64,000 nucleotides of DNA from Actinomycetales bacterium (GCA_018969585.1 JAGWYB010000001.1:4821-68820), one strand, 5' to 3'; positions 20,544-30,634 are shown, numbered from the stretch's first letter. Notes: generated from the sequence alone by a model not told the origin. A program made the numbers and translations.

Positions 20544-22021
20544 CTGGCACCAATCGCTTCCATAAGTTCACTGCGATCGTTAAAAGGTTCTATTTTCCCA
20601 AGTATCTCTTGTCCATTTTCATGGCCTTTGCCAAGAACGATTATCAGATCGCCTGATTCAGCTATCTCCACAGCACGTCTAATCGCAGATTTTCGCTCAA
20701 CAATCAATTCCGCATCCTTCTTAAGCGTCAAGCCAGTAACCATTTCATCAATAATCTTTTCTGGAGATTCACTTCTTGGATTATCGCTAGTAAAGATTGG
20801 TATATCGCATCCACGATTTAAAGCAGAACCCATTGCGCCACGCTTCGTTCGATCGCGATCACCGCCACAGCCAAGAACGCCAATGATTCGCTTAGCGTTA
20901 ACGCCTTTGACGGCTTCAAGAACTCTCGCAACCGCATCCGGAGTATGGGCATAATCGACATATGCTTGAAACGGTTCGTCAATAACGAGTTCGAGGCGAC
21001 CAGGCGCGCCTTTTAATTGGGGAATTGCAAGTGTGACTATTGCTGCATCAATACCCGAATTAATTGCAATCGCAACAGCAAGGAGTAAATTTTCCAGATT
21101 AAATTCGCCGAGTAGGTTTGTCTCTGAATCAAATTGAACTCCATTAGGGCCAGAAATGCTAATCTGCCTTTTAGCGCCAGTTTCTTTAAGTATCTTTAAG
21201 TTCCAATCAGCATGTTCTTTAAGTGAAAGTTTTTCAAGTTTAATTCCTGCCTCTTCAGACATTCTGCGGCCGAAATTATTGTCTATATTGATAAATGCAT
21301 TGCTGGAGTACTTTTCAGTAAATAGTGAGCGCTTTGCTTGAAAGTAGTTTTCCATATTTCCGTGATAATCAAGGTGATCTTGCGTGAGGTTGGTAAAGCC
21401 GACCGAGGCAAAGTTAAGCCCGGAAACTCGATTCTGAGAGAGAGCATGACTACTAACTTCAATTGCGACGTGAGAGATTCTCGATTCTCTCATCTTTGCC
21501 AAGATTGAAACGATTTCGTCACCGCTCGGCGTTGTTTTTTGAGCTGGTATTTGCTCCCCTGCAATATCTATAGCGACGGTGCCAATTATGCCCGACTTGA
21601 GTCCAGCGAACTTGAAGATTTCCGATAACAAATAGGTCGTGGTGGTCTTTCCATTAGTTCCAGTGATGCCGAATAACGCCATAGATTTTGATGGAAAGTC
21701 ATAAAGCCAATCTGTAAGAGTTACAGGTAAATTCTGAAAATTCTCAACTTTGATTGAAGCTATTTTACTTCGTGCTATTTCAAAACCTGCCGAATCTGAA
21801 ATTACAGCCTTGGCTCCTTTGGAAATCGCCTGATCTAGGAATTCGATGCCATGGCGCATTGCGCCAGGTAAAGCAAGAAATAGATCTCCATTTTGTAAGT
21901 GTCGCGAGTCGCTGCAGATTCCAGTAATTTCAAATTCTTCATTAGAGAGATCGCCTCCATAAGCTAGGAAATCAGCGACTTCTTTAAGTCTTTTTGAAGA
22001 TTTTCCTAGCGGTCTAATCAT
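20540..22021 (-). CDS. murE: UDP-MurNAc-L-Ala-D-Glu--diamino acid ligase
   Basis: 493 aa with GTNGKTTTT and a C-terminal DNPRSE motif. Confidence 0.92.
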   Translation of the reverse strand: MIRPLGKSSKRLKEVADFLAYGGDLSNEEFEITGICSDSRHLQNGDLFLALPGAMRHGIEFLDQAISKGAKAVISDSAGFEIARSKIASIKVENFQNLPVTLTDWLYDFPSKSMALFGITGTNGKTTTTYLLSEIFKFAGLKSGIIGTVAIDIAGEQIPAQKTTPSGDEIVSILAKMRESRISHVAIEVSSHALSQNRVSGLNFASVGFTNLTQDHLDYHGNMENYFQAKRSLFTEKYSSNAFINIDNNFGRRMSEEAGIKLEKLSLKEHADWNLKILKETGAKRQISISGPNGVQFDSETNLLGEFNLENLLLAVAIAINSGIDAAIVTLAIPQLKGAPGRLELVIDEPFQAYVDYAHTPDAVARVLEAVKGVNAKRIIGVLGCGGDRDRTKRGAMGSALNRGCDIPIFTSDNPRSESPEKIIDEMVTGLTLKKDAELIVERKSAIRRAVEIAESGDLIIVLGKGHENGQEILGKIEPFNDRSELMEAIGAR

Positions 22022-23799
22022 GATTTTTTCTTCAATTCTCGTTCATCAAGAGCATAACTAGTACTTCGTTCCTCAGATGGGGCAATTCTTTGATCACGAA
22101 GCACAAAGCTCATTACCTCGCGAAATACTGGACCTCCTAAATAACCACCGTAATAAACTCCTTTTGGATCTTGGATAGTCACGCTTGCCACATATTTAGG
22201 GGCCTCGGCTGGCGCAAAGCCAATAAATGATGATGTGTAACCTCTGTAGCAGCCGCAGGAATCATCAATCCTTCTCGCCGTACCTGTCTTTCCAGCTACA
22301 CGGTAACCAGCAATTGCTGCTTGAGGAGCAGTTCCTGAACTTGAAACTACGCTCTCCATCATTAATCTAAGTTGAGTCGCCGTTTGAGAACTTATTATCC
22401 GTTCACTTTTTCCATTTTCGTTTGGCGAAAAACGACCACCTGCATCTGTAGTTCCTGCAATTAAAGTAGGAGCAACCCTAACTCCATCATTCGCAATTGT
22501 TGCAAAGACTGAAGTGGCCTGCATCGCTGTTAAAGAGTAGCCCTGGCCAAATGCGACCGTTGGCGCGGTTGTTCCAGACCATTGCGAAACATCCAAGAGT
22601 TTTCCAGATTCTTCTCCAGGCAAGCCGGAGCCTGTCTTATTTGCGATGCCAAATTTCTTTAGATAGTCGTGTAATTTTTCGTGAGAAATCATCTCTCCCA
22701 CTTTTATTGACGCCACGTTACTTGACTGAGCCAAAGCACCGGTCAACGTAAGTTTCAAAACTGGATGAGGATCATGATCATGGAAAACTTTGTCATATCG
22801 CTTTATTCTGTCAGGAACCGTAAGCACTGATTCTGGTGAAACTTTACCTTCCTCCATTGCGGCTGCGAATGTTATGACTTTTCCAGTCGATCCGGGTTCG
22901 TAGACTTCCTGAACAGAAGGATTCTGCCAGCTCCGTGAATCGACACCTTTAGTCTTTCCCGGTTCAAAAGTTGGATATGTCGCGTGTGCCAATATCGCAC
23001 CAGTTGCTGGATCCATAACGATCACTGTTCCCGATTGCGCCCGAGCTTTAGTTACAGCTTTACGTATTTCGCGTTGGGCAATCCACTGAATATCGCGATC
23101 AATCGTCAAGCGAATTGTGTCACCGCGCTTCTCCTCCACGGTTATTTTTTGGGTGCCTGGAATTATGGTGCCGGCAGCATTGGCATATGTATATTCACCA
23201 TTTACTCCAGAAAGTGTTGAATTCATTGCATATTCAAGTCCTGCGGCACCTGACCCGGACTGGTTTACAAATCCAATTACCGCAGCGGCAAGACCTCCTT
23301 GAGGATATTCGCGTGCGTAAATTCGCTCGGCAAAGAATCCAGCTAATTCGTTGGCATAGCCTCCGTCTTTTTTCGAAACCTCGTCGTTATATTGGGAAAT
23401 CGCCTCTTGAAGTTTTCTCCATACTGCAGGTTGCACGCTTTGGCTAATTACGACGTATCTTCTATCTCCAATCAACTTGCTCTCTAAGAAGCTTTTATCC
23501 ATATTTAGAATCGGAGCCGCAATAGCGGCAAGTTTGCCTGGAAAATCAACGATAGCTTGATCTACCAAGATACGATAAGCGGTCACGCTTCTTGCAAACT
23601 CAACTCCGTTAACATCTGTTATCGAGCCTCTTGGCGCCAAAATAATTGATTTTTTTGCCAATTCGAGATCAGCTTTGCTTGCATAACCTGCTGCTCTAAC
23701 TGCTTGAACATCAATTAATCTGATTGAAAATGTAACTAATAGAACTAAAGAAACTGCAACTAGATATCGAATGCGCTTTTCGAATATTCCAGTAGCCAT
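22018..23799 (-). CDS. ftsI: Class B penicillin-binding protein (division transpeptidase FtsI)
   Basis: 593 aa with an N-terminal TM helix and the SxxK (STGK), SSN and KTGT motifs. Confidence 0.9.
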   Translation of the reverse strand: MATGIFEKRIRYLVAVSLVLLVTFSIRLIDVQAVRAAGYASKADLELAKKSIILAPRGSITDVNGVEFARSVTAYRILVDQAIVDFPGKLAAIAAPILNMDKSFLESKLIGDRRYVVISQSVQPAVWRKLQEAISQYNDEVSKKDGGYANELAGFFAERIYAREYPQGGLAAAVIGFVNQSGSGAAGLEYAMNSTLSGVNGEYTYANAAGTIIPGTQKITVEEKRGDTIRLTIDRDIQWIAQREIRKAVTKARAQSGTVIVMDPATGAILAHATYPTFEPGKTKGVDSRSWQNPSVQEVYEPGSTGKVITFAAAMEEGKVSPESVLTVPDRIKRYDKVFHDHDPHPVLKLTLTGALAQSSNVASIKVGEMISHEKLHDYLKKFGIANKTGSGLPGEESGKLLDVSQWSGTTAPTVAFGQGYSLTAMQATSVFATIANDGVRVAPTLIAGTTDAGGRFSPNENGKSERIISSQTATQLRLMMESVVSSSGTAPQAAIAGYRVAGKTGTARRIDDSCGCYRGYTSSFIGFAPAEAPKYVASVTIQDPKGVYYGGYLGGPVFREVMSFVLRDQRIAPSEERSTSYALDERELKKKS

Positions 23800-24201
23800 T
23801 TACTCACTAACCTTCTTCGTAACTTCAGGTTGTAGCAAAATGAACTTGGTTTTCTTATTTTCGACCATTCCTAGCGCGATTGCTTTGCGAGCAAGATTCT
23901 CTGGATCTGAAATCCGAGCTATTTCTCTAAGTGCAGCTTCACGGTCTTCAGCTAATGCGACGGCCTCTAATTTGAGGTTTTTTATCTTTACCGCATCACT
24001 GCCCAGCAAGATATTGATTCCTAGTAAACCAAGAAGCCCAATTACAAGAATTGCACCTATGACCCCGTAAAAAATGCGATCACTGGCTCGCTGGCCAGAT
24101 ACGGGTCGAAGTTCTGGGACTAATTTAAGAATTGCTCTCGAGGACTTCTCAGCAAAAACTCGCCGAGAGCGAGTTATCGGAGCGGTTAATGGAAGCGCCA
24201 T
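23800..24201 (-). CDS. FtsL-like small bitopic division protein
   Basis: 133 aa with one TM helix followed by a short coiled-coil-like segment. It lies between rsmH and ftsI and shares a TAATG overlap with rsmH. The call rests on position and topology, not on sequence motifs. Confidence 0.6.
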   Translation of the reverse strand: MALPLTAPITRSRRVFAEKSSRAILKLVPELRPVSGQRASDRIFYGVIGAILVIGLLGLLGINILLGSDAVKIKNLKLEAVALAEDREAALREIARISDPENLARKAIALGMVENKKTKFILLQPEVTKKVSE

Positions 24202-25157
24202 TAGATCGCTATCCGTTCAATTGCGCGAAGACGAACTGATTGAGATCTCGGATTTCGAGATAACTCGAATTCGTCCGGCGTTTCGCTGCCGTTGAAAACC
24301 AATTTAAATTTCGCCTTATGTTCTTTTAGCTCGATGGGAAGTCCCACAGGAGATTGAGACTTAGTGACTTCTGCAAAAGCTTGCTTTACGATTCGATCTT
24401 CAAGAGATTGAAAAGACATCACAACCATTCGACCATGTAGTTCAATGCAATTAATCGCTTGTGGTATCGCTCGCTTCAAAATTTCCAGTTCTTGATTAAC
24501 TTCGATCCGAATTGCTTGGAACGTACGCTTAGCTGGATTCCCGCCCATCCTTCGAGCTGGAGCGGGGATGCTGTCCTTCACGATTTCAGCGATTTGTGCT
24601 GTGTTCTCTAATTTTCGGGTTCCACGTGCTTTAACTATATTTTTGGCAATTCGATTGGCGAACCGCTCTTCGCCGTAAACTTTGATGATTCGAGTTAATT
24701 CTTCTTGCGAATATTCATTAATTACAGATGAAGCGGTAACGGATTTGGATTTATCCATCCTCATATCAAGAGGCGCTGCTTTCGAATAGGAAAAACCGCG
24801 CTCCAAATCATCTAATTGGAGTGAAGAAACGCCAAGATCAAAGAGGATTCCCGCTACACCTTGGATTCCCATCTCGGATAAGAGAGTTGGAATCTGGTCA
24901 TAAACTGCGTGAAAAAAATTGACTCGGGAAGAAAATTGAGAAAGGCGTTCTTTAGATCTTTCTAGTGCGCTCTGATCTCTATCGATTCCAATTAGTCGTA
25001 TGTTGGGAAATCTCTCGAGCAGCGCTTCTGCATGCCCACCAAGACCAATAGTTGCATCGACAACAACTGCTTCATCTCGATTTTCTAGAGCAGGAGTGAG
25101 AAGTGCTACGCAACGATCTAGCATCACAGGTAGGTGTTGGACTTGATCTTTTTTCAT
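24201..25157 (-). CDS. rsmH: 16S rRNA (cytosine1402-N4)-methyltransferase
   Basis: 318 aa with DATIGLGGH and FDLGVSSLQLD motifs. Confidence 0.95.
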   Translation of the reverse strand: MKKDQVQHLPVMLDRCVALLTPALENRDEAVVVDATIGLGGHAEALLERFPNIRLIGIDRDQSALERSKERLSQFSSRVNFFHAVYDQIPTLLSEMGIQGVAGILFDLGVSSLQLDDLERGFSYSKAAPLDMRMDKSKSVTASSVINEYSQEELTRIIKVYGEERFANRIAKNIVKARGTRKLENTAQIAEIVKDSIPAPARRMGGNPAKRTFQAIRIEVNQELEILKRAIPQAINCIELHGRMVVMSFQSLEDRIVKQAFAEVTKSQSPVGLPIELKEHKAKFKLVFNGSETPDEFELSRNPRSQSVRLRAIERIAI

Positions 25158-25284
25158 AACATCCCTTGTTTAGGTTCCCTCTGCTCTGGTCACCGCCGGC
25201 CGACGGATGCTGGGGGTCGAGCGGCACCGGGGAAGAGGCGCCGCTCGGGCTGAAGGTCGGCGGTGGCCAGAGAAGAGGGAGCTC
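25158..25284 (-). promoter_or_regulatory. GC-rich structured spacer between mraZ and rsmH, candidate mraW RNA motif
   Basis: This spacer is much more GC-rich than its flanks. The minus-strand RNA folds into one long imperfect hairpin with three stems. The outer stem is CCCUCUUCUCUGG/CCAGAGCAGAGGG with 1 mismatch. The middle stem is CACCGCCG/CGGCGGUG. The apical stem is 10 bp, GAGCGGCGCC/GGUGCCGCUC, closing an 8-nt loop. Confidence 0.6.
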
Positions 25285-25716
25285 TTAAAACAGCCCCGGG
25301 AACACCTCCTCTGAAACTTCGGCAAAACCTTTTTCACGATCTTTGAGGTAGCTCTTCCAAGATTTCGCATCCCAGATTTCAACTCTGGTATTTGCTCCAA
25401 TTACTATGCAATCGCGCTCAAGATTTGCGTATTCGCGAAGTCCATTAGGAATCATCACTCGCCCTTGTTTATCCGGGATTTCGTCGTGTGCACCGGCGAA
25501 CATCACACGCATGTAGTCACGTGCGGTTTTCTGAGTTAGCGGCGCCTGTCGAAGTTGTTCAGTTATTCGTGCAAATTCAGTTCCTGGAAATACATAGAGA
25601 CATCGCTCTTGCCCTTTAGTAATAACAAGGCCGCTTGCTAATTCATCACGGAATTTGGCGGGAAGAATCAACCGCCCTTTTTCATCCAAACGAGGTTCAT
25701 GGGTACCCAAAAACAT
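25285..25716 (-). CDS. mraZ: Transcriptional regulator MraZ
   Basis: 143 aa with two SpoVT/AbrB-like repeats ([13 protein letters not shown] and [13 protein letters not shown]). It is the first gene of the dcw cluster. Confidence 0.95.
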   Translation of the reverse strand: MFLGTHEPRLDEKGRLILPAKFRDELASGLVITKGQERCLYVFPGTEFARITEQLRQAPLTQKTARDYMRVMFAGAHDEIPDKQGRVMIPNGLREYANLERDCIVIGANTRVEIWDAKSWKSYLKDREKGFAEVSEEVFPGLF

Positions 25717-25760
25717 ATGAACCTCCCCAAGCTTGCGAGACCCCCGTCCCGCTCAATTCC

Positions 25761-25810
25761 CCACTTTACTCCCTTTTACTCCATTTTCAACCACCCTCCT
25801 CCATTTATCG
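25761..25810 (-). promoter_or_regulatory. Five 10-nt phased direct repeats, candidate MraZ operator / Pmra region
   Basis: The plus strand reads ccactttact/cccttttact/ccattttcaa/ccaccctcct/ccatttatcg. On the mraZ strand each unit ends in (A/G)(T/G)GG: AAGTGG, AAAGGG, AAATGG, GGGTGG, AAATGG. The array lies about 45 nt upstream of the mraZ start. Confidence 0.5.
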
Positions 25811-25835
25811 CTTCAAACCGGTATTTCTCTAGAAA

Positions 25836-25865
25836 TGAAAAAAGCCCGCCGAAGCGGGCTTTTTA
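25836..25865 (-). terminator. Rho-independent terminator after the DUF3040-like gene
   Basis: A perfect 7-bp GC-rich stem AGCCCGC/GCGGGCT closes a 4-nt loop. On the minus strand it is followed by a T-run, and it begins about 14 nt after the stop codon at 25879. Confidence 0.8.
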
Positions 25866-25878
25866 AAGGCTTTTTTGA

Positions 25879-26220
25879 TTAATCTGGATTTCTGCGATCC
25901 CAACGCTCCTCAAAACGGGCGCTCCACTTTGATCCAGTTTTTGGGGTCCGTGTTCGAGCCATTAATCCCCCAAGGTTTGAGAGAGCCAAAACCGCTCCGC
26001 CTAGAGCTATAGCGAAGCCAAAGACTCCAAGGAGAGGCGTTTTCCCAACCAAGCCGGCTAGTAGCACGAATAGACCGGCGACTATCAAGAGAAAGCCGAT
26101 AACCGCCCGAGAGCGGTTAGGTGTCTTTCCGTTAAAGGTGGAGATCAGCCGCGGGTCGTCTGCGGCAAGGGCCTCTTCCATCTCGGCCAGTAGGCGCTTT
26201 TCATGATCAGATAAAGGCAT
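25879..26220 (-). CDS. DUF3040-like small membrane protein
   Basis: 113 aa with an N-terminal LSDHEKRLLAEMEEALAADDP motif followed by two TM helices. A gene of this type commonly sits upstream of mraZ in Actinobacteria. Confidence 0.7.
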   Translation of the reverse strand: MPLSDHEKRLLAEMEEALAADDPRLISTFNGKTPNRSRAVIGFLLIVAGLFVLLAGLVGKTPLLGVFGFAIALGGAVLALSNLGGLMARTRTPKTGSKWSARFEERWDRRNPD

Positions 26221-26283
26221 AACCAGAGAATAGTAGAAGGGGCTACCCGGCGAAAGTCGAATTGGATATCTGCTCCTGCAAAC

Positions 26284-27471
26284 TCACTGAGAGCTATCTT
26301 CTATCAGCCGAGCGGGTTGAACCGAGCCATGGCCGAAGCGAGCGATGGCTCGATCGATTGCAACCTGCGCTTCCCGCCAACCTCGATCACGGCTTCCCAG
26401 CTCTAGTTGTTCGACCGCTCCATCTTCATCGACGAGCTGATCTAGGCCAATTCCGAGGAGCCTAATCCGCGAGCCAGTTAAATTTAAAGATTTATACAAC
26501 TCTCTTGAGATTTCAAAAACTTCACGCATCCCATTTATTGGCAAAGGTAAGGTTCGTGACTTAGTGAGATTTGTGAAGTCAGAAAATCGCACCTTGAGCG
26601 TAATTGTTCGCGCTCTAAGCAAACGTTTACGCAGACGCTGAGTAACTCGTTCTGCAAGGCGCAACAATTCACGTTCTATATCCTCACTATCTTCTAAATC
26701 GTAAGAAAAAGTTTCGGCTGCGCTGATGCTTTTTTCTGGAGCATCAACGACAACTTCACGAAAATCCCTACCCCAAGCCAATTCGTATAGGGCTTCACCT
26801 GAAATGTCACCGAGCGCCCTTTTTAAAGTATTTAATGGGGTATTTGCAATATCTGCAACAGTTCTTAAGCCGAGTTGCTTTAACGTTTCTCCAGTTTTTG
26901 GCCCTACTCCCCACAGCTCTGTTACCGGAAGTGGATGGAGAAAAGTTAATACTCGGTCTCGTTGAATTTCGAGCATTCCATCCGGTTTACACCTACCTGA
27001 GGCTAGCTTTGCTATGAATTTAGATGATGCAATTCCAACGGAGCAGGTTATTTTTTCTTCATCTCTAACTCGCTCTCTGATTGAATTTGCGATATCGCGC
27101 CCATTTCCGAAAATACGGAGTGCACCACTCACATCAAGGAAGGCTTCATCTAGCGAAAGTGGCTCCACGTAAGGTGTAAATTGAAAAAATATCTCCATCA
27201 CCCTTCGAGAAACTTCCGAGTAGCGATCATGGTCTGGTGGGATAAAGACTGCAGTTGGCGCCATCCGTTGTGCCTGAATTACGGGCATAGCGGCACGGAT
27301 ACCAAACTTCCTGGCTGCGTAATTTGCTGAAAGAACCACCCCGCGAGCTCCCGCCCCAACAACCAGTGGTTTGCCTTTATGTTCTGGGTAGTCGAGCTCA
27401 GAGACCGATGCGAAGAAAGCATCCATGTCGACATGGAGAATCGTTGACTCTTCTCGCCTCATATCACTCAC
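26284..27471 (-). CDS. dinB: DNA polymerase IV (Y-family, catalytic residues intact)
   Basis: 395 aa with HVDMDAFFASV, SLDEAFLDVSG and SVGIASSKFIAKLASG motifs. A QLELGS segment sits at the position of a beta-clamp-binding motif. The start overlaps the dnaE2 stop by 8 nt. Confidence 0.88.
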   Translation of the reverse strand: MSDMRREESTILHVDMDAFFASVSELDYPEHKGKPLVVGAGARGVVLSANYAARKFGIRAAMPVIQAQRMAPTAVFIPPDHDRYSEVSRRVMEIFFQFTPYVEPLSLDEAFLDVSGALRIFGNGRDIANSIRERVRDEEKITCSVGIASSKFIAKLASGRCKPDGMLEIQRDRVLTFLHPLPVTELWGVGPKTGETLKQLGLRTVADIANTPLNTLKRALGDISGEALYELAWGRDFREVVVDAPEKSISAAETFSYDLEDSEDIERELLRLAERVTQRLRKRLLRARTITLKVRFSDFTNLTKSRTLPLPINGMREVFEISRELYKSLNLTGSRIRLLGIGLDQLVDEDGAVEQLELGSRDRGWREAQVAIDRAIARFGHGSVQPARLIEDSSQ

Positions 27472-30400
27472 AAGCAGCGAGATTACGCCACTGGGTATAA
27501 GCGTTAAATAGGTCCCAAGCTCCGGTAGCTTGTAGGGAAAGACCCCGAGGTCCAGTACGTCTAATGGCTCCCCTGACTAATAAGAGCGAAGAACTTCTCA
27601 AAACTTTTGCATAACTATTTTGAGCATCTTCAAAAAAAGTAGAGTCATTACATCCATAGCCATCATCTAAGGTTAGAAACATAACTCGCTTCCCCGAGCG
27701 AATCGGAGGAGTTTGTAGAGCTACTTTTACTCCAGCTACTAGTACCTCGCTCTTTGATCTATGTTGGCGGAGCTGGTCAGAGCGGACTGCGCCTATAGCA
27801 TTTAAAAACTCTGAGTAGAACTCAATCATGTGGTGCGAGACATCCATATTTAAATAAGCAATCTCATTTTCTACTAGCTCATTTCTTCTTAAATCAGGTA
27901 GCCCAGTTTTCTCTAAAGGTGGGGTTAGATTGAATGTAAGTTGTGAGCTGGCGATACTTTTTTTCTGGCTAGAACGAGACCAGCGGTATAGATCATTTAA
28001 GTGAAGTAGCAGATCGCGACGGTTTAACTTTCCTCCGTAAAGCGAGTCAAAAGCGCCTACCATCAGTAAAGCTTCTGTTGTTGGCTTGCTAGAACCCGAG
28101 CGATCGACAAAATCCGGAAGGTCTATAAATGGCCTAGCGCTAATTATGGAGTCAATCTCGGAATCTGTTATTCCAGAGAGATCTTTAAGAGATATTCGAA
28201 TAGCCCCGGCATCAACTCGATAAGTTCGATCGGATAAATTCACATCTAAAGGAGCTATTGCTACTCCGCATCTTCTAGCTTCATCTAGCATCAATCGTTT
28301 CGGGTACATACCCGGTTCATGAGTGAGAATCCCAGCAAAGAAGGCTGCTGGGTAGTGCTTCTTCAACCAAGCTGATTGATAGGTAGGAAGAGCAAAAGCG
28401 GCTGCATGCGCTTTGCAGAAACCAAATGATGCGAAGGCGCGTAATACTTCCCAAACTTCAGTTACAACTTTTAATGGATAACCCAATTTGGTGGCTGCCG
28501 GAAAGAACCAATCACAGACTGCTTGTTGACCATCTCGATCACCGAGAGCGCGTCGCTTCTCATCAGCTTGCGCCAATGAGATTCCGGTTAGTCGGGCGAT
28601 TATCTCTATTACTTGTTCATGGAATACGACTACACCCTCGGTTTCACGCAGAATTGGCTCTAAATCTTGGTGGATTATCGAACGTACTTTCCAGCCTTGG
28701 CGAGCATTTAAAAAGGGAGTAATCATGTCGCTCTTCATCGGACCTGGGCGAAAGAGCGAAATATCGATTATCAAATCGGTGAAAGTTTCTGGAGCAAATT
28801 TTCCTACGAGTTCACGCTGTCCCGGGCTTTCAATTTGGAATAAGCCTAAGGTATTAGTTGAGCGTATTAATTCAAAAGTTGGATTATCGTCAAGTGGTAT
28901 CGAATCAATATCTATCTTTTTTAAATCAACTCTTTCTATTTCTTTGACGGCGTAAGCAAGGCTTGACTGCATTCGAACTCCGAGAATATCTAGCTTTAAT
29001 AGCCCAATTGCTTCTACATCATCTTTATCCCAGGGAATCATTGGGTAGCCACTGGCATTTTTTTCAACCGGTGCGCGATCGTAAAGAGTTATATCAGAGA
29101 GAACTACGGCACAAGGATGCATGGCAAGATTTCTAGGAAGACCATCTAGTCGCTGCGCAAGTCCAACGGCCATCTTCCAGATAGGAGAGGTTAGATTTAG
29201 ATTACGTAATTCGGGTAAATCGTTAAGTGATTTACTAATATTTCTAGCTCTTATATGAGGTAGCGATTTTGCAACTAAATCAACCTCCATCGGCGGAAGT
29301 GATAGCGCGGCTCCGACATCGCGAATTGCATGTCTTGCTCTGTAGGTATCAAACATTGCGACTGTTGCGGTTCGATCTTTATAGCTTTCAAATACTTGAT
29401 CGTAAATCTCAAGTCGACGAGCAGATTCGACATCGATATCGATATCAGGAAGGGCATTCCTTAACGGTGAGCAGAAGCGCTCCATCAAAAGTCCAAGAGA
29501 AAGTGGCTCGACCCCAGATATACCCAGCAAATGACAGATAAGCGAACCTGCACCACTGCCGCGAGCTGCAACTCTTATCCCACTTGTTCTAGCTTTATCG
29601 GTTATAGCGGCGACTGTTAAGAAATATGACTCATAACCCAGTTGATTGACTATTGCCAACTCTTTTTCAAGTCTTGTTAAAACTGCGGAGCGATTAGAGA
29701 TATCTGGATATTTATTAGATATTTCAGCATGAGCGCGCTCTTTAAGAATTCGCGCTAACTCGATCTGATCTCTAGCGCCAGATAGAAAAGGTTCTGGTAG
29801 ATGGATGGAGCCAATTCCAATGTCATCTGCTGGGGATAGTTGGGCTGATTGGGCCCACTCCTGGGTAGTTTTAATTAGTTTTCTACCATCCCTATCTCCA
29901 GCAGCTCTTGCGATTATTTCGGCTATTTGGAACATTTCAGCGCTATCTTTTAAAAAGGCTTCGGCATTTTTACGCTCTACTACATTTTTATGGAGTGGTA
30001 ATAAATTTCGAGAAGCGTCAAGAATATCTGCGATAGGGGCATCGCTACGCTCCTTCATTCTTACGGCATTAGTCAATAAAGCGGGAATCTCATTAGACCT
30101 AGCAAATCCGAGCATGCGAGCTGCGTGAGCGGAAGATCTATACCCTAATTTATCTAAGTGAGACACACACTCAATGGCTTGTGATTTGAAAATATCTCTA
30201 GTTCTATTGAATAACGCTAATGCTCTATCTTCTCTATGGGATGCGATTGATCTGCTTATATCTGAGTTAGGTCCTAATAACGCTAATATATTTTTGGTAT
30301 CTTCATGATTCTCTTCAAAAATTTGATAGTTAGCGGTTCCCGATTTCTTAACCGCAGTCATAAGCCTTACTAGAGATTGCCAGTTACCTGGTGTTGCGAG

Positions 30401-30634
30401 CAAAGTAATTCGAGATTGGTTCTCGTACTCGACATCAACTCCGATGATGGGTGATATCGAATTTTCTTTACAACTAACTACAAATTTAATTGCGCCAGCT
30501 AAAGTGTCGCGATCAGTCAAAGCTATCGAGTTCATATTTAACTCCGCAGCTTTTTCGACCATCGCTTCCGGGAGGGTCGTCCCATATTTAAAGGAGTAGC
30601 CACTTGCTAGGTGTAGATGGGTGAAGCTCATCAT
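27464..30634 (-). CDS. dnaE2: Error-prone DNA polymerase III alpha-type subunit (DnaE2)
   Basis: 1056 aa. It has a PHP N-terminus (FTHLHLASGYSF), is shorter than the DnaE1 at the left window edge, and sits in a LexA-box operon with a Y-family polymerase. Confidence 0.85.
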   Translation of the reverse strand: MMSFTHLHLASGYSFKYGTTLPEAMVEKAAELNMNSIALTDRDTLAGAIKFVVSCKENSISPIIGVDVEYENQSRITLLATPGNWQSLVRLMTAVKKSGTANYQIFEENHEDTKNILALLGPNSDISRSIASHREDRALALFNRTRDIFKSQAIECVSHLDKLGYRSSAHAARMLGFARSNEIPALLTNAVRMKERSDAPIADILDASRNLLPLHKNVVERKNAEAFLKDSAEMFQIAEIIARAAGDRDGRKLIKTTQEWAQSAQLSPADDIGIGSIHLPEPFLSGARDQIELARILKERAHAEISNKYPDISNRSAVLTRLEKELAIVNQLGYESYFLTVAAITDKARTSGIRVAARGSGAGSLICHLLGISGVEPLSLGLLMERFCSPLRNALPDIDIDVESARRLEIYDQVFESYKDRTATVAMFDTYRARHAIRDVGAALSLPPMEVDLVAKSLPHIRARNISKSLNDLPELRNLNLTSPIWKMAVGLAQRLDGLPRNLAMHPCAVVLSDITLYDRAPVEKNASGYPMIPWDKDDVEAIGLLKLDILGVRMQSSLAYAVKEIERVDLKKIDIDSIPLDDNPTFELIRSTNTLGLFQIESPGQRELVGKFAPETFTDLIIDISLFRPGPMKSDMITPFLNARQGWKVRSIIHQDLEPILRETEGVVVFHEQVIEIIARLTGISLAQADEKRRALGDRDGQQAVCDWFFPAATKLGYPLKVVTEVWEVLRAFASFGFCKAHAAAFALPTYQSAWLKKHYPAAFFAGILTHEPGMYPKRLMLDEARRCGVAIAPLDVNLSDRTYRVDAGAIRISLKDLSGITDSEIDSIISARPFIDLPDFVDRSGSSKPTTEALLMVGAFDSLYGGKLNRRDLLLHLNDLYRWSRSSQKKSIASSQLTFNLTPPLEKTGLPDLRRNELVENEIAYLNMDVSHHMIEFYSEFLNAIGAVRSDQLRQHRSKSEVLVAGVKVALQTPPIRSGKRVMFLTLDDGYGCNDSTFFEDAQNSYAKVLRSSSLLLVRGAIRRTGPRGLSLQATGAWDLFNAYTQWRNLAACE

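Noticed and set aside
25170-25400. A 76-aa Arg/Pro/Ser-rich ORF spanning the mraZ-rsmH spacer.
   Set aside because: It is in a different frame over the mraZ 3-prime end. Its length comes from the GC-rich hairpin region lacking stop codons. An RNA-structure explanation fits better.
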